The notes under the pieces are model-generated. The model ran no database searches. It saw nothing but the letters and a program-made list of their open reading frames with translations, and was not told the origin of the DNA. A DNA stretch of 64,000 nt, taken from the NCBI GenBank assembly GCA_965205915.1, contig OZ242191.1, forward strand, positions 853,410-917,409, in the 5' to 3' direction. The position numbers and the translations under genes are program-made. The stretch comes from Dehalococcoidia bacterium (GTDB lineage: Bacteria > Chloroflexota > Dehalococcoidia > UBA6926). Shown piece after piece: positions 39,779-49,119 of this stretch. The first letter of the stretch is position 1; each line of letters starts with the position of its first letter.

Positions 39779-40127
39779 ACAATGTGAGGGCGGCTTAGAC
39801 CGCCTTTGATTGTTGCGCGACGCTTCGCGACTGTCCTATCTCATTGATGATAACCGCGTCGGTATTCGTCGTCTCGGCTACTTTGGCGCCGCTACGTTCC
39901 CGCCGATGCGCCGATGATGGCGAGCGTGATTATTGCTCCTGCCACCGTTGCGACAGCCGCCAGTATGCACAACTCAAGCAGGCCGAAGCCTCGCCGCCGT
40001 CTTTCCGTGCCCCCAAAATCCTCATCCATGACTGATCCTCACCGTATCCCTGCGCTGTCTAACCATTATGCCCGCTCCCGCAGGGCTTGAGTGGTGATCC
40101 GGGCATGAGCGGAGTGAGACCCAATGG

Positions 40128-40157
40128 ATTCCCGCCTGCGCGGGAATGACGGGGTTG
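40128..40157. repeat. REP-like palindrome copy (attcccgc-ctgc-gcgggaat + gacggggttg)
   Basis: Same family as 30045-30089. Confidence 0.6.
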
Positions 40158-40315
40158 TTACGACGGAAGGGGCTCGCCAAGCCGGAACGCGGTGTGCCAG
40201 CTGAAACGGCCAAACAAGGCCGGATCACGAACCGCGAAAGAAGGCGGAAGGGGCCCGCCAAGCCGGAACGCGGAATGCCATCTGCACCGGCAAAGGAAGG
40301 CTGAATCGCGAAGTT
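40157..40315. repeat. two tandem ~75-nt non-coding repeats
   Basis: cggaaggggcYcgccaagccggaacgcggNNtgcca... occurs twice, head to tail, between tRNA-Ala and sufU. Confidence 0.55.
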
Positions 40316-40320
40316 TAAAA

Positions 40321-40815
40321 TTAACCGCCGGAGTCGGGGTCTGAGGAGCCTACGTCTTCGCGGCCGGTTGCGCCATCGAGGGCTTTCAGGAGCGTGTCCC
40401 ACGCGAGGACGGCGCACTTGACACGGGTTGGGTAGCGAGACGCGCCCTGCAGGGCCATCAGATCACCCATCGCCTTTTCATCCACGTCTTTGCCCAGGAT
40501 CATGGCACGGAAGCCTTGCGCAAGCGTGTTTGCCTCATCGACGGAGCGGCCTCGGATGGCCTCCGTCATCATCGACGCTGACGACTGCGAGATGGAGCAG
40601 CCCTGCCCCACGAACGCGATCTCCTCGACCGCGCCGTCGCGGATGCGGGCGGTCAGGCGAACCTCGTCGCCACAGACCGGGTTGAACTGTGTCAGATCCG
40701 CGTCGGCGGACTCCAGCACCTTGTTATTCCGGGGTATCCGGTAGTGATCGAGGATCAGGTCCCGGTAGAGTTCATCGAATTGGGGATCAGGTTCGCTGCC
40801 TGCCAAAGAGTTCAC
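40321..40815 (-). CDS. sufU: SufU/IscU-like Fe-S cluster assembly scaffold (SUF system NifU family)
   Basis: DPQFDELYRDLILDHYRIPRN...CGDEVRL...GQGCSISQSS cysteine triad. Probable GTG start overlapping the sufS stop. The longer annotated ORF is an upstream extension. Confidence 0.7.
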   Translation of the reverse strand: MNSLAGSEPDPQFDELYRDLILDHYRIPRNNKVLESADADLTQFNPVCGDEVRLTARIRDGAVEEIAFVGQGCSISQSSASMMTEAIRGRSVDEANTLAQGFRAMILGKDVDEKAMGDLMALQGASRYPTRVKCAVLAWDTLLKALDGATGREDVGSSDPDSGG

Positions 40816-42043
40816 CAGCCTTCTTGAGCGCGTCGACAAGGCGGTCGACATCGTCATTCGTATTGTAAACATAGAAGCTCGCGCGGGCGGTAGCGGAGAC
40901 GTTGAGCCGGCGCATGAGCGGCTGCGCGCAGTGATGGCCGGCGCGTATCTGCACACCCTCCCAGTCCAGCGTCTGGGCAATGTCATGTGGATGGACTGAT
41001 TCGACGGCGAACGAAACAACGCCGCCACGCTCCAGGGGATCCGTCGGCCCATGCACGGTCACTCCCTCGCCAAGGGTTTCCATCTGTTTGAGGGCATATG
41101 TCGTTATTTCAATTTCATGCTGACGGACGGCATCCATGCCGAGGGCGGTCAGGTAATCGATGGCCGCGCCAAACGCGACAACATCGGCGAAGTTCGGCGT
41201 GCCGGCCTCGAACTTCCAGGGCGGGTCTTTCCACGTGAACCCGTCCTCGCGCACCTCCATGATCATCTCGCCGCCACCGAGGAAGGGCGGCATTTCATCC
41301 AGCAACGCCCTCTTGCCGTGCAGGACGCCGACGCCCGTTGGCCCAAGCATTTTGTGGGAAGAAAAGACGTAGAAATCGGCGTCCATCTCGCGGACATCGA
41401 CAGCCATATGCGGCGCTCCCTGCGCGCCGTCCACGATGGCGATCGCGCCCACGGCGTGCGCCTTGTCCACCAGTTCACGCACAGGATTGATGGTGCCGAG
41501 GACGTTGGACACATGCGTGAATGAGACGACCTTTGTTCTCTCGTTGATGAGGGAGTCTATGTCGGACAGATCCAGGAAACCCTCATCGGTTACGGGAATA
41601 AAGCGGACAATCGCTCCCCGTTCCGCGCAGATCATGTGCCACGGAACGATATTTGAGTGGTGCTCCATGAGCGTGACGAGCACCTCATCGCCCTCGTTCA
41701 GATTGGCGCGCCCCCACGCAAAGGCGAGCAGGTTCAGCGATTCGGTGGTGTTGCGGGTGAAGATGATCTCGCTTGTGGAGGCTGCGTTGATGAATGTCGC
41801 GGTCTTCTCACGCGCGCCCTCGTAGGCGGCGGTCGATTCCTCCGACAGCGTATAGATGCCGCGATGGACGTTCGCGTTGGACGTGCGATAAAAGTCCGCC
41901 AGCGCGTCGATGACCTGTTTCGGCTTCTGCGACGTGGCGGTGCTGTCCAGGTAGACGATGGGGTGACCGTTGATGATGCGGGAGAGGATTGGAAAATCGC
42001 CGCGAACGGCCTCTACGTCAAGCTTCAAGGATTGATCAGACAC
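40787..42043 (-). CDS. sufS: cysteine desulfurase SufS (aminotransferase class V)
   Basis: 418 aa with the PLP-lysine block SSHKMLGPTGVGVL and C-terminal active-site Cys region. Confidence 0.9.
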   Translation of the reverse strand: MSDQSLKLDVEAVRGDFPILSRIINGHPIVYLDSTATSQKPKQVIDALADFYRTSNANVHRGIYTLSEESTAAYEGAREKTATFINAASTSEIIFTRNTTESLNLLAFAWGRANLNEGDEVLVTLMEHHSNIVPWHMICAERGAIVRFIPVTDEGFLDLSDIDSLINERTKVVSFTHVSNVLGTINPVRELVDKAHAVGAIAIVDGAQGAPHMAVDVREMDADFYVFSSHKMLGPTGVGVLHGKRALLDEMPPFLGGGEMIMEVREDGFTWKDPPWKFEAGTPNFADVVAFGAAIDYLTALGMDAVRQHEIEITTYALKQMETLGEGVTVHGPTDPLERGGVVSFAVESVHPHDIAQTLDWEGVQIRAGHHCAQPLMRRLNVSATARASFYVYNTNDDVDRLVDALKKAGELFGRQRT

Positions 42044-42072
42044 GGCGACCGGCCCCGCGCGAAAGCGGCGCG

Positions 42073-42858
42073 CTATTGCGCTGCCGGCGCGACCGCGCTG
42101 CCGGCGCCGGTTCGTATGAGGTCATAGCCGTGTTCCTCAAGGTCATGAGCAAGCTCCGGCCCTCCCGAGCGAACGATGGCGCCGTCCAACATCACGTGAA
42201 CGGTGTCCGGCTCAATGTAGTTGAGAATGCGCGTGTAGTGCGTTATCAGAAGGATGCCCAACTCCGGGTTGCGAAGCTGATTCACGCCTTCAGCGACGGT
42301 GCGCAGGGCATCGATATCGAGGCCGGAGTCAGTCTCGTCCAGGATGGCGACCGTGGGGTTGAGGACGGCGAGCTGGAGGATTTCACTACGCTTCTTTTCG
42401 CCGCCGGAGAAACCGGTGTTGACGTAGCGGGTTGCAAAGGCGCGATCCATGCCGAGCGCGTCCATCTTCTCATTGACCATCTGGCGGAACTCGACGAGCG
42501 GCATCTCCCCGCCGCGGTGGGTATTGACCATCTGCCGCAGGAAGTTGATAAGCGTGACGCCGGCAATCTCAACGGGGTACTGGGAGGCGAGAAAGATGCC
42601 GGCGAGAGATCGCAGGTCCGGCAGCATTAGCGTGATGTCCGCGCCCTTGTAGAGGATGCGCCCGCCGGTCACGACATAGCGCGGGTTCCCCATCAGCGTG
42701 TTGGCGAGGGTGCTCTTGCCGGAGCCGTTCGGCCCCATGACCGTGTTGACCTTGCCGGTGGGGATCTCCAGGTTTACGCCCTTGAGGATCTCTTTGCCGT
42801 CGACCGCAACCTTCAGGTCTTCAACGACCATGACGGCATTCCCGTTCTTTGTGGACAC
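42073..42858 (-). CDS. sufC: Fe-S cluster assembly ATPase SufC
   Basis: GPNGSGKSTL, FSGGEKKR, AILDETDSGLD. Length and termini match SufC. Confidence 0.9.
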   Translation of the reverse strand: MSTKNGNAVMVVEDLKVAVDGKEILKGVNLEIPTGKVNTVMGPNGSGKSTLANTLMGNPRYVVTGGRILYKGADITLMLPDLRSLAGIFLASQYPVEIAGVTLINFLRQMVNTHRGGEMPLVEFRQMVNEKMDALGMDRAFATRYVNTGFSGGEKKRSEILQLAVLNPTVAILDETDSGLDIDALRTVAEGVNQLRNPELGILLITHYTRILNYIEPDTVHVMLDGAIVRSGGPELAHDLEEHGYDLIRTGAGSAVAPAAQ

Positions 42859-43013
42859 TTAGTAATGCTCCCTGCGTGCGCGGATGGAAAAGCTGTTTCG
42901 GTGGGCAGTCCGGCGCGCTACTCGCCGCGCCGCGAACGCCTCATACGTATAGTTCATGCTCTGTTGTCATTCTACGGAGTGGCGGTAAGGCATGGCAAGG
43001 GAGAGAGGGACGT

Positions 43014-43415
43014 TCAGGATGGGGCGGTAATCAAATCGATGCCCGGCACACGAGGGAAGTCGGTGTCGGAGGTGGCCAATGGGCAGCCAAGAAAAACGGC
43101 CGTTGCGGCTATCCATGCGTCGGGTTGCTTGAGGGCCCTGCCGACTCTTATACGCAATTGGGCAGAAATCTCCGCGAGTTGCCGATTCGGCCAGAATACC
43201 TCATACCTATCGATGTGCTGGGCCAGGGTGTTGCGTCGCCGGTCATCCCAGTTTTCAGCCAATGGCCACGCGAGGATCTCTTCCAGCGTCTGGAATGAAA
43301 TCACAAGGCGCTTCTCCGCCAGTTCCCGCCCATAGAATCCAGCCTGTTCATGCCCATTGAACAGGTAAACGACAACGTTTGTATCAACGACCACCTGTTC
43401 AGATGGCTGGATCAT
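43014..43415 (-). CDS. vapC: PIN-domain toxin (VapC-like)
   Basis: VVDTNVVVY N-terminal Asp and a later ATSDTDF acidic block. 133 aa. 4-nt start/stop overlap with the upstream RHH gene. Confidence 0.7.
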   Translation of the reverse strand: MIQPSEQVVVDTNVVVYLFNGHEQAGFYGRELAEKRLVISFQTLEEILAWPLAENWDDRRRNTLAQHIDRYEVFWPNRQLAEISAQLRIRVGRALKQPDAWIAATAVFLGCPLATSDTDFPRVPGIDLITAPS

Positions 43416-43972
43416 GCTCCATCCCGAGCCTCGCGCACGGAACGGATGAATCCGTCGACGTCCAGTGGCCAGTCTGCCCTAATCACGTTTGCTGGATCGA
43501 ATGGCGGTTTGGGCGACTGCCTGATCGCCCGGAGGGCATCAGGAGGGGTGGCCCAATCGGTCGCGCCCCGGACCTCTTCAACTCTTACCACCTTCCAGTT
43601 TCCCTCAGCGTCGAAGTGTCCTGTACCGCGCAGTTCGACATGCGCCGAGGCAAGACGCGTTATTTCGTCCCTGAGAGACTCATCAAACTCCAGACTTACG
43701 GGCTTCTCGCCATATTGGTCAATTACCGCCGTCCCTCTGGACAGATTGATCTCTTTCAATTGGCCAAAGAGTATGGCTCCGGTTCCCTGCGAATCACCGG
43801 TTTGCCCAGAGCTTGCGGCGCTGTTTAGCCGCGCGCGGTTCGAGACATACTCTTCCACTGCCTCGCGAATCACAGCGCTGCGCGAGCAACCCTCCGTTGC
43901 GGCCGCCTCATCAATCCTCTTGGCAAGGTCCGCCGATGCTGTGAACGTAATGTTCTGAGATTGTTGAGCCAT
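43412..43972 (-). CDS. ribbon-helix-helix (CopG/VapB-like) antitoxin with an unusual ~140-aa C-terminal extension
   Basis: N-terminal ITFTASADLAKRIDEAAATEGCSRSAVIREAVEEYV RHH motif. Then a Ser/Gly linker and an uncharacterised C-terminal region. 186 aa total, versus 70-90 aa for typical VapB. Strong aaggag RBS. Confidence 0.6.
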   Translation of the reverse strand: MAQQSQNITFTASADLAKRIDEAAATEGCSRSAVIREAVEEYVSNRARLNSAASSGQTGDSQGTGAILFGQLKEINLSRGTAVIDQYGEKPVSLEFDESLRDEITRLASAHVELRGTGHFDAEGNWKVVRVEEVRGATDWATPPDALRAIRQSPKPPFDPANVIRADWPLDVDGFIRSVREARDGA

Positions 43973-44040
43973 GAGTTGGCGAACTCCTTTGGAATCTGCC
44001 GCCCATCTTACCGCGAACGGTGGAGGGGCGTGATAATCCC

Positions 44041-45441
44041 CTACCCCCCGCCGCCGCCGGAGAAGCCCGGTTCGGTCATCTTGGCGGCGTCGAGGATTTC
44101 TTCCAGTGCTGACTCGCCGAGTTCCGTTGTGCGCAGGGCCACCTGCCTGACCGTCTCGCCGGTCTTTGACGCTTCATGCGCGATGGCTGCGGCGGCATCG
44201 TAGCCGATGACGGGCGCGAGCGCGGTGCAGATAGCAAGGCCTTGCTCCACAGTCTCCGGCCCGCGCCGCGTGGACACGAGGCCCTCAATGCACTGCTCGC
44301 GGAAGTTGTCCGCCTCTGCGGCGAGCAGATCGATCGATTGCAGCAGGTTGTAGGCGGCGACGGGCATCATGACGTTCAACTCAAAGTTGCTGCCCTGGGC
44401 ATCGGCAATTGTGACCGTCACGTGGTTGCCCATGACCTGCGCGGCAGCCTGCGCCACGGATTCCGCGATGACGGGGTTGATCTTGCCGGGCATGATCGAT
44501 GAGCCGGGCTGGACCTCAGGAAGGGCGATCTCGCCTAAACCGGCGCGCGGCCCGGAGCCGAGCCATCGAACGTCGTTTGCGATCTTGAGCATGCTGACTG
44601 CGACGGTGTTGAGAACGCCGCTCGCCTCCGTGACGGCGTTCAGGGTGCTCTGCGCCTGGAAATGGTTCTCCGTCTCACGGATTTTGAGGCCGGTGGCGGA
44701 TGACAGGCGGGCGCAGACCATCTCTGCGAACTCCACGTCGCGTCCGATGCCCGTGCCGACTGCCGTTCCACCGAGCGGAACCTCGCAGAGCTCATCGATC
44801 GCGTGGCGGAGTCGCCGCACCGCGCGCTCCATCTGCCCGGCATGGCCCAGAAACTCCTGGCCGAGACGGATGGGCGTCGCGTCCTGCAGGTGGGTACGCC
44901 CCGTCTTGATGACGTCCCAGAAGGCCGCCGACTTGTCCGCGAGGGCGCCTTGGAGGCGCTCCAGCGCGGGAATGAGCTCCGACGCGATGCCGTTGGCGGC
45001 GGCAACCTGTATGGCCGTCGGGATGACATCGTTGGAGGACTGCCCGCGATTGACATGATCATTGGGGTGAACCGCCCGCGAACCGGCGTCGCCTCCGAGG
45101 ATCTGCGCGGCGCGGTTGGCGATGACCTCGTTCGCATTCATATTCGTGGACGTGCCGGAGCCGGTCTGGAAGATATCAAGGACGAAGTGGACATCGTGCT
45201 TGCCGTCCATGACCTCCTGCGCGGCCGTCCTGACGGCCGCCGCCGTCTCCGGCGTGATGCCGCCGAGTTCCTCATTGACCTCCGCGGCGGAGCGCTTGAT
45301 CAGCGCCAGCGCCCGGATGAAGCTGCGAGAGAAGCGCAGGTCGCTGATGGGAAAATTGCGGACGGCGCGTTGCGTCTGCGCGCCCCACAGGGCATCGTCC
45401 GGCACCTCCATCTCGCCCATTGAATCGCGTTCGATGCGCAT
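44041..45441 (-). CDS. fumC: class II fumarate hydratase
   Basis: GSSIMPGKINP signature, WGAQTQR N-terminal block. Start at MRIERDSMGE (45441). Confidence 0.85.
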   Translation of the reverse strand: MRIERDSMGEMEVPDDALWGAQTQRAVRNFPISDLRFSRSFIRALALIKRSAAEVNEELGGITPETAAAVRTAAQEVMDGKHDVHFVLDIFQTGSGTSTNMNANEVIANRAAQILGGDAGSRAVHPNDHVNRGQSSNDVIPTAIQVAAANGIASELIPALERLQGALADKSAAFWDVIKTGRTHLQDATPIRLGQEFLGHAGQMERAVRRLRHAIDELCEVPLGGTAVGTGIGRDVEFAEMVCARLSSATGLKIRETENHFQAQSTLNAVTEASGVLNTVAVSMLKIANDVRWLGSGPRAGLGEIALPEVQPGSSIMPGKINPVIAESVAQAAAQVMGNHVTVTIADAQGSNFELNVMMPVAAYNLLQSIDLLAAEADNFREQCIEGLVSTRRGPETVEQGLAICTALAPVIGYDAAAAIAHEASKTGETVRQVALRTTELGESALEEILDAAKMTEPGFSGGGGG

Positions 45442-45561
45442 CGAGATATGTCCTCCTGGGCGTGCAAATTTTCTTGTTTTCGGGCGTCGTCCGACACGAA
45501 TGCGAATGCCGCCCCTCGTCATGATACAAGGGCGGCTCGGAGAGTCGCCGCCACTCAGCGA

Positions 45562-47199
45562 CTACTCGGCGAACAGGGGCAATGATTCCCGAGCCGCGCC
45601 CAGAGAGTTGGCCGATACCCAGCTCAGGAACCCCTGGTAGCGACGAGCCGAGAGCCGGGTCGTCGCCTCGCCCCCGATCCCCGCAAGGAGATGCCTCGCG
45701 CGTCGAGCGGCGTCCGACTCACCGGGATTGGGCAGGACGGTGTAGACATCACGCGTCCGCCGTTCGAGCTCGATATCAGACTCCAGGTCAGCCATCGCAA
45801 GCAGGAACGGGAGGACGGCCGTTGCCAGCATGTCCAGGGCGCGGCCTCTGCCGAGCAGTGCGGACGGCTCGCCACGCCTGGCTAATCCGAAATCGCGATG
45901 CGATGCCCAATAGCCCGTCGGCGGGACTATTAGCGCCTCAATCAAGCGGGTTGCCGTCTCTCGCGGTGTCACACCCTCAATGGCGATTCGTCTGAGCGTC
46001 TCCGGCAGTTCCGGCCCCATAAGCCAGGGGCGCATCATCTCTACCGCGACGCCCATCCGCCTGACGGGGTGGTTGTCCGGTCTCACGCGGAACGTCTGCC
46101 ACGACCCTCGCGGCAACGATTCAAGTCCCGGATGCCGCGCCCATTCGGCCTCGGCGCGGCCGGTATAGTCATCCGCGAATAATCGTGCGCGGAAGCCATC
46201 CGACGCCGGCGCATCCTCAAGCAGCCGCCCCTGCGCCGCTCTGTCCCTCTGCGACGGCAGCAGGCCCGCAGTGCCAAAGAGCAGGCCGGTCAGCCGTGCG
46301 ACACGTGTCTCATCGTTCGAGCCGCCCTCTGCCAGGCCGCGCAGCGTCTCAATCGGCAACAGCCGCGCGACTTCCTGGAATGCCGTCATGTTTCGCGTAT
46401 AGCCCAGCCCCCTGAACAGCGCCTCGTACAGCGCCTGCTCCGGCCCAACGACGGCGATATCTCCCTCCATCGCTGCCGCCCGTTCCTCGAGACGCGCATC
46501 GCCCAACGAGTCGAGAAGCGCGGCCAAATCCCGACCACTCCTGATACCTCGCCCTTTTTGGGCCTCGGCGTTCTTGGGAGTGCCACGCCGATGGGGCGGC
46601 GGCAGGAACTCCAGCACCGGCGCGCCCGCAATCTCCGTGAGGCCGCATGCGTCCTCGACGACGTGGAGGATGACGCTTGCGAACGCCGGATTCGAATCGT
46701 GCCCGTGTGCGTACCAGTCCGGCGCCCGCAGGTGCATCTCCACATCACCGCTAACAATGCGGGGCGGTTGGCCGGGGGATGCGATAGCGATGACGGCGTC
46801 AAGAAAGTCCGGGCCGTCGCCGGAATTGCGCGCGCCCATGTGGATGACCCCAACGGGCATACCCGCGAGCGTCCTGAGCTTCCGATTGCGAGATCTCAGG
46901 CCGCCTGACGCCCACGCATCACAGAGATGTTTTTCGCTTTCCCATCTACCACGGTCATCAGAAAGCTGCGTGGCATAGTGCGCCGCGCCCTCGCGAATGC
47001 CCGCCTTTGCGGACGAACTGAGGCTGACATTTTCTCGTTGGACGTCTCGGCGACTTTGCCGGACAACGCCATTAGTGACTAAGTACCCGCGCATGTGCGG
47101 ATTGTAGCGCAACCGTTCCGACAACGTCACAACGGTTGGATCGGGGAAGCAGCCGGAGGTTGTTAGTCCCTGATCTGGCCGTCTCCGACGATGGTCCAC
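45562..47199 (-). CDS. hypothetical protein (possibly DUF2851-like)
   Basis: 545 aa with a GPDF...GDVEMH...WYAHGH block. No confident family assignment. Confidence 0.4.
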   Translation of the reverse strand: MDHRRRRPDQGLTTSGCFPDPTVVTLSERLRYNPHMRGYLVTNGVVRQSRRDVQRENVSLSSSAKAGIREGAAHYATQLSDDRGRWESEKHLCDAWASGGLRSRNRKLRTLAGMPVGVIHMGARNSGDGPDFLDAVIAIASPGQPPRIVSGDVEMHLRAPDWYAHGHDSNPAFASVILHVVEDACGLTEIAGAPVLEFLPPPHRRGTPKNAEAQKGRGIRSGRDLAALLDSLGDARLEERAAAMEGDIAVVGPEQALYEALFRGLGYTRNMTAFQEVARLLPIETLRGLAEGGSNDETRVARLTGLLFGTAGLLPSQRDRAAQGRLLEDAPASDGFRARLFADDYTGRAEAEWARHPGLESLPRGSWQTFRVRPDNHPVRRMGVAVEMMRPWLMGPELPETLRRIAIEGVTPRETATRLIEALIVPPTGYWASHRDFGLARRGEPSALLGRGRALDMLATAVLPFLLAMADLESDIELERRTRDVYTVLPNPGESDAARRARHLLAGIGGEATTRLSARRYQGFLSWVSANSLGAARESLPLFAE

Positions 47200-48476
47200 T
47201 TGTAGGATGTCAGCTCGCGCAGTCCCATCGGCCCGCGCGCGTGCAGCTTGTTGGTGCTGATTGCCACCTCAGCCCCCAGCCCAAGCTGCGCGCCGTCCGT
47301 GAACCGGCTTGACGCGTTGACGATGACGGCCGCCGCATCCACCTCATCAAGGAATCGCGTCGCGTTCTCATCGTTCCTGGTCAGGATCGCCTCCGTATGG
47401 CCGGAGCCGAACTCGGCGATATGCTCCAGAGCCTCGTCGAGGGAATCGACAACCTTGACGGCTGCCGTCAGCGACAGGAACTCCCGTCCCCAATCGTCCT
47501 CCACGGCGGCGATGACGCGCGTCGGCGGCTCAGGCCCCATCAGGGCAAGCGCGCGTCTGTCCGCGTGGATCTCGACACGGTCCTTGCTCCATTCCTCCAC
47601 AACTCTGGGCAGCAGCTTTGGCGCGGCCTGTGAGTGGACGAGCAACGTGTCCAGGGCGTTGCACACCGTGGGCCGTTGCACCTTGGCGTTGTACGCGATG
47701 GCGACTGCCTGCTCGATGTCCGCGCTCGCGTCCACATACGTATGGCACACGCCGATGCCGCCCGTCACGACGGGTATTCGCGCGTTGTCCCGCACAAAGC
47801 GGATGAGCGTATCGCTGCCGCGGGGAATCAGCAGGTCAATGCCTCCCTCATATATGAGCATCTGTCCTACGATGGCTCGATCCGTCGACTCGATGATCTG
47901 CGCCGCGTCCTTTGGCAGCCCGGCGGTCTCCAGCGCCTCCCGCACGATCCCGGCCAGCGTCGTCGTTGAGTTGATGGCCTCCTTGCCGCCGCGCAGGATG
48001 ACGGCGTTGCCGGACTTTATACAGAGGGCGGCGATATCGATGGTCACATTGGGGCGGCTCTCATAGACGGCGGCGATGACACCGAGCGGCACACGCCTGC
48101 GGCAGACGCGGAGGCCGTTCGGCAGCTTGGAGGCATCGAACTCCTCGCCGATGGGGTCAGGCAGCGCGACGGTGGCGCGAACATCGACGGCCATGCCGCG
48201 CACGCGCTCCTCGTTCAACAGGAGCCGATCAAGCAGGACATTGGACATGCCGTCCGCCTGCGCCGCCGCATAGTCTCGCTGATTGGCGGCGACTATCTCA
48301 GCGGACCGCTCCTCAAGCAGCGCCGCGATGCCCTCAAGCGCCCGGTTCTTCTCCTCAGTAGTCGCGCGCGAAAGGGGGCGGCTCGCCTTGCGGGCCGCCG
48401 TGGCCTTGCTGACAAGCTCCTCGGAGAACTCGCCAACCGGGGTTGTTGTTGTCTCAGTTACCGTCATCGCGGTCAC
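47163..48476 (-). CDS. proA: glutamate-5-semialdehyde dehydrogenase (gamma-glutamyl phosphate reductase)
   Basis: 437 aa aldehyde-dehydrogenase fold with ProA-type termini. Downstream of proB. Confidence 0.9.
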   Translation of the reverse strand: MTAMTVTETTTTPVGEFSEELVSKATAARKASRPLSRATTEEKNRALEGIAALLEERSAEIVAANQRDYAAAQADGMSNVLLDRLLLNEERVRGMAVDVRATVALPDPIGEEFDASKLPNGLRVCRRRVPLGVIAAVYESRPNVTIDIAALCIKSGNAVILRGGKEAINSTTTLAGIVREALETAGLPKDAAQIIESTDRAIVGQMLIYEGGIDLLIPRGSDTLIRFVRDNARIPVVTGGIGVCHTYVDASADIEQAVAIAYNAKVQRPTVCNALDTLLVHSQAAPKLLPRVVEEWSKDRVEIHADRRALALMGPEPPTRVIAAVEDDWGREFLSLTAAVKVVDSLDEALEHIAEFGSGHTEAILTRNDENATRFLDEVDAAAVIVNASSRFTDGAQLGLGAEVAISTNKLHARGPMGLRELTSYKWTIVGDGQIRD

Positions 48477-48517
48477 TCATCCTTTGGGTGGCGCATCTGC
48501 TTACACATGCCGTCCTG

Positions 48518-48543
48518 CTATCGATCTATCGATCTATCGATCT
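48518..48543. repeat. ctatcgat x3 direct octamer repeat upstream of proA
   Basis: Three perfect tandem copies, each containing the atcgat palindrome, in the 144-nt gap between the membrane-protein gene and proA. Confidence 0.6.
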
Positions 48544-48620
48544 CTTATCAGATACTCAATTGTAGTGGCGCGGAATATGCGGTTCAAACGGCTGGGGAAT
48601 TACAGCCACAACCAGAACAG

Positions 48621-49103
48621 TCACTCACTGAGTGCCTCCTCTCTACGGTACCCTGATGAAGTTGTGACCGCTCCTATCAGTACGCCCACGGCCATTCCGA
48701 CGAAACTCATGACGTCCTGGACTGTCACCCACCAACCCAAATCGTCATAAGCGGAGGTAAAGAACAGGCCGAATATCAGTAATCCGCCCCCGACAAGCAA
48801 AAGAATTGTGCCCGATAGTACCGCCAAAAGCCGCTGTCCGATAGGTGCTACAGCACCAGCCAACCAGACTGCTGCGAATGAACTGGCGGCAAACTGAAAA
48901 AGTATGTAGATTGCGTAGAACAGTTCCGCTGTTGGAAGCTCTACAAGCCATAACAAGTTGACGTCACCCCGAGGAAACACCAGCAAGTCAAGCGACCAGA
49001 TAAGACGCAGAACCAGCGAAACGAGAATGTATCCTGTCAAAAAGGTTGGTAAGATTAGCGCCCATCTAGTCCACGTAGGTAGCTTCTGAACGAATTCATC
49101 CAA
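48621..49103 (-). CDS. small integral membrane protein (4 predicted TM helices), lower GC than its neighbours
   Basis: 160 aa hydrophobic ORF between the displaced proB 3' remnant and proA. About 56% GC by eye, versus about 65% for proA. Confidence 0.4.
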   Translation of the reverse strand: MDEFVQKLPTWTRWALILPTFLTGYILVSLVLRLIWSLDLLVFPRGDVNLLWLVELPTAELFYAIYILFQFAASSFAAVWLAGAVAPIGQRLLAVLSGTILLLVGGGLLIFGLFFTSAYDDLGWWVTVQDVMSFVGMAVGVLIGAVTTSSGYRREEALSE

Positions 49104-49119
49104 GACTTGGCTCCCCTCC

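Noticed and set aside
40022-40417. 131-aa minus-strand ORF spanning the REP and tandem-repeat spacer
   Set aside because: Its internal peptide repeats (IPRSGLAGPF/TPRSGLASPF) are just translations of the non-coding DNA repeats. It has no start context and a low-complexity basic composition.
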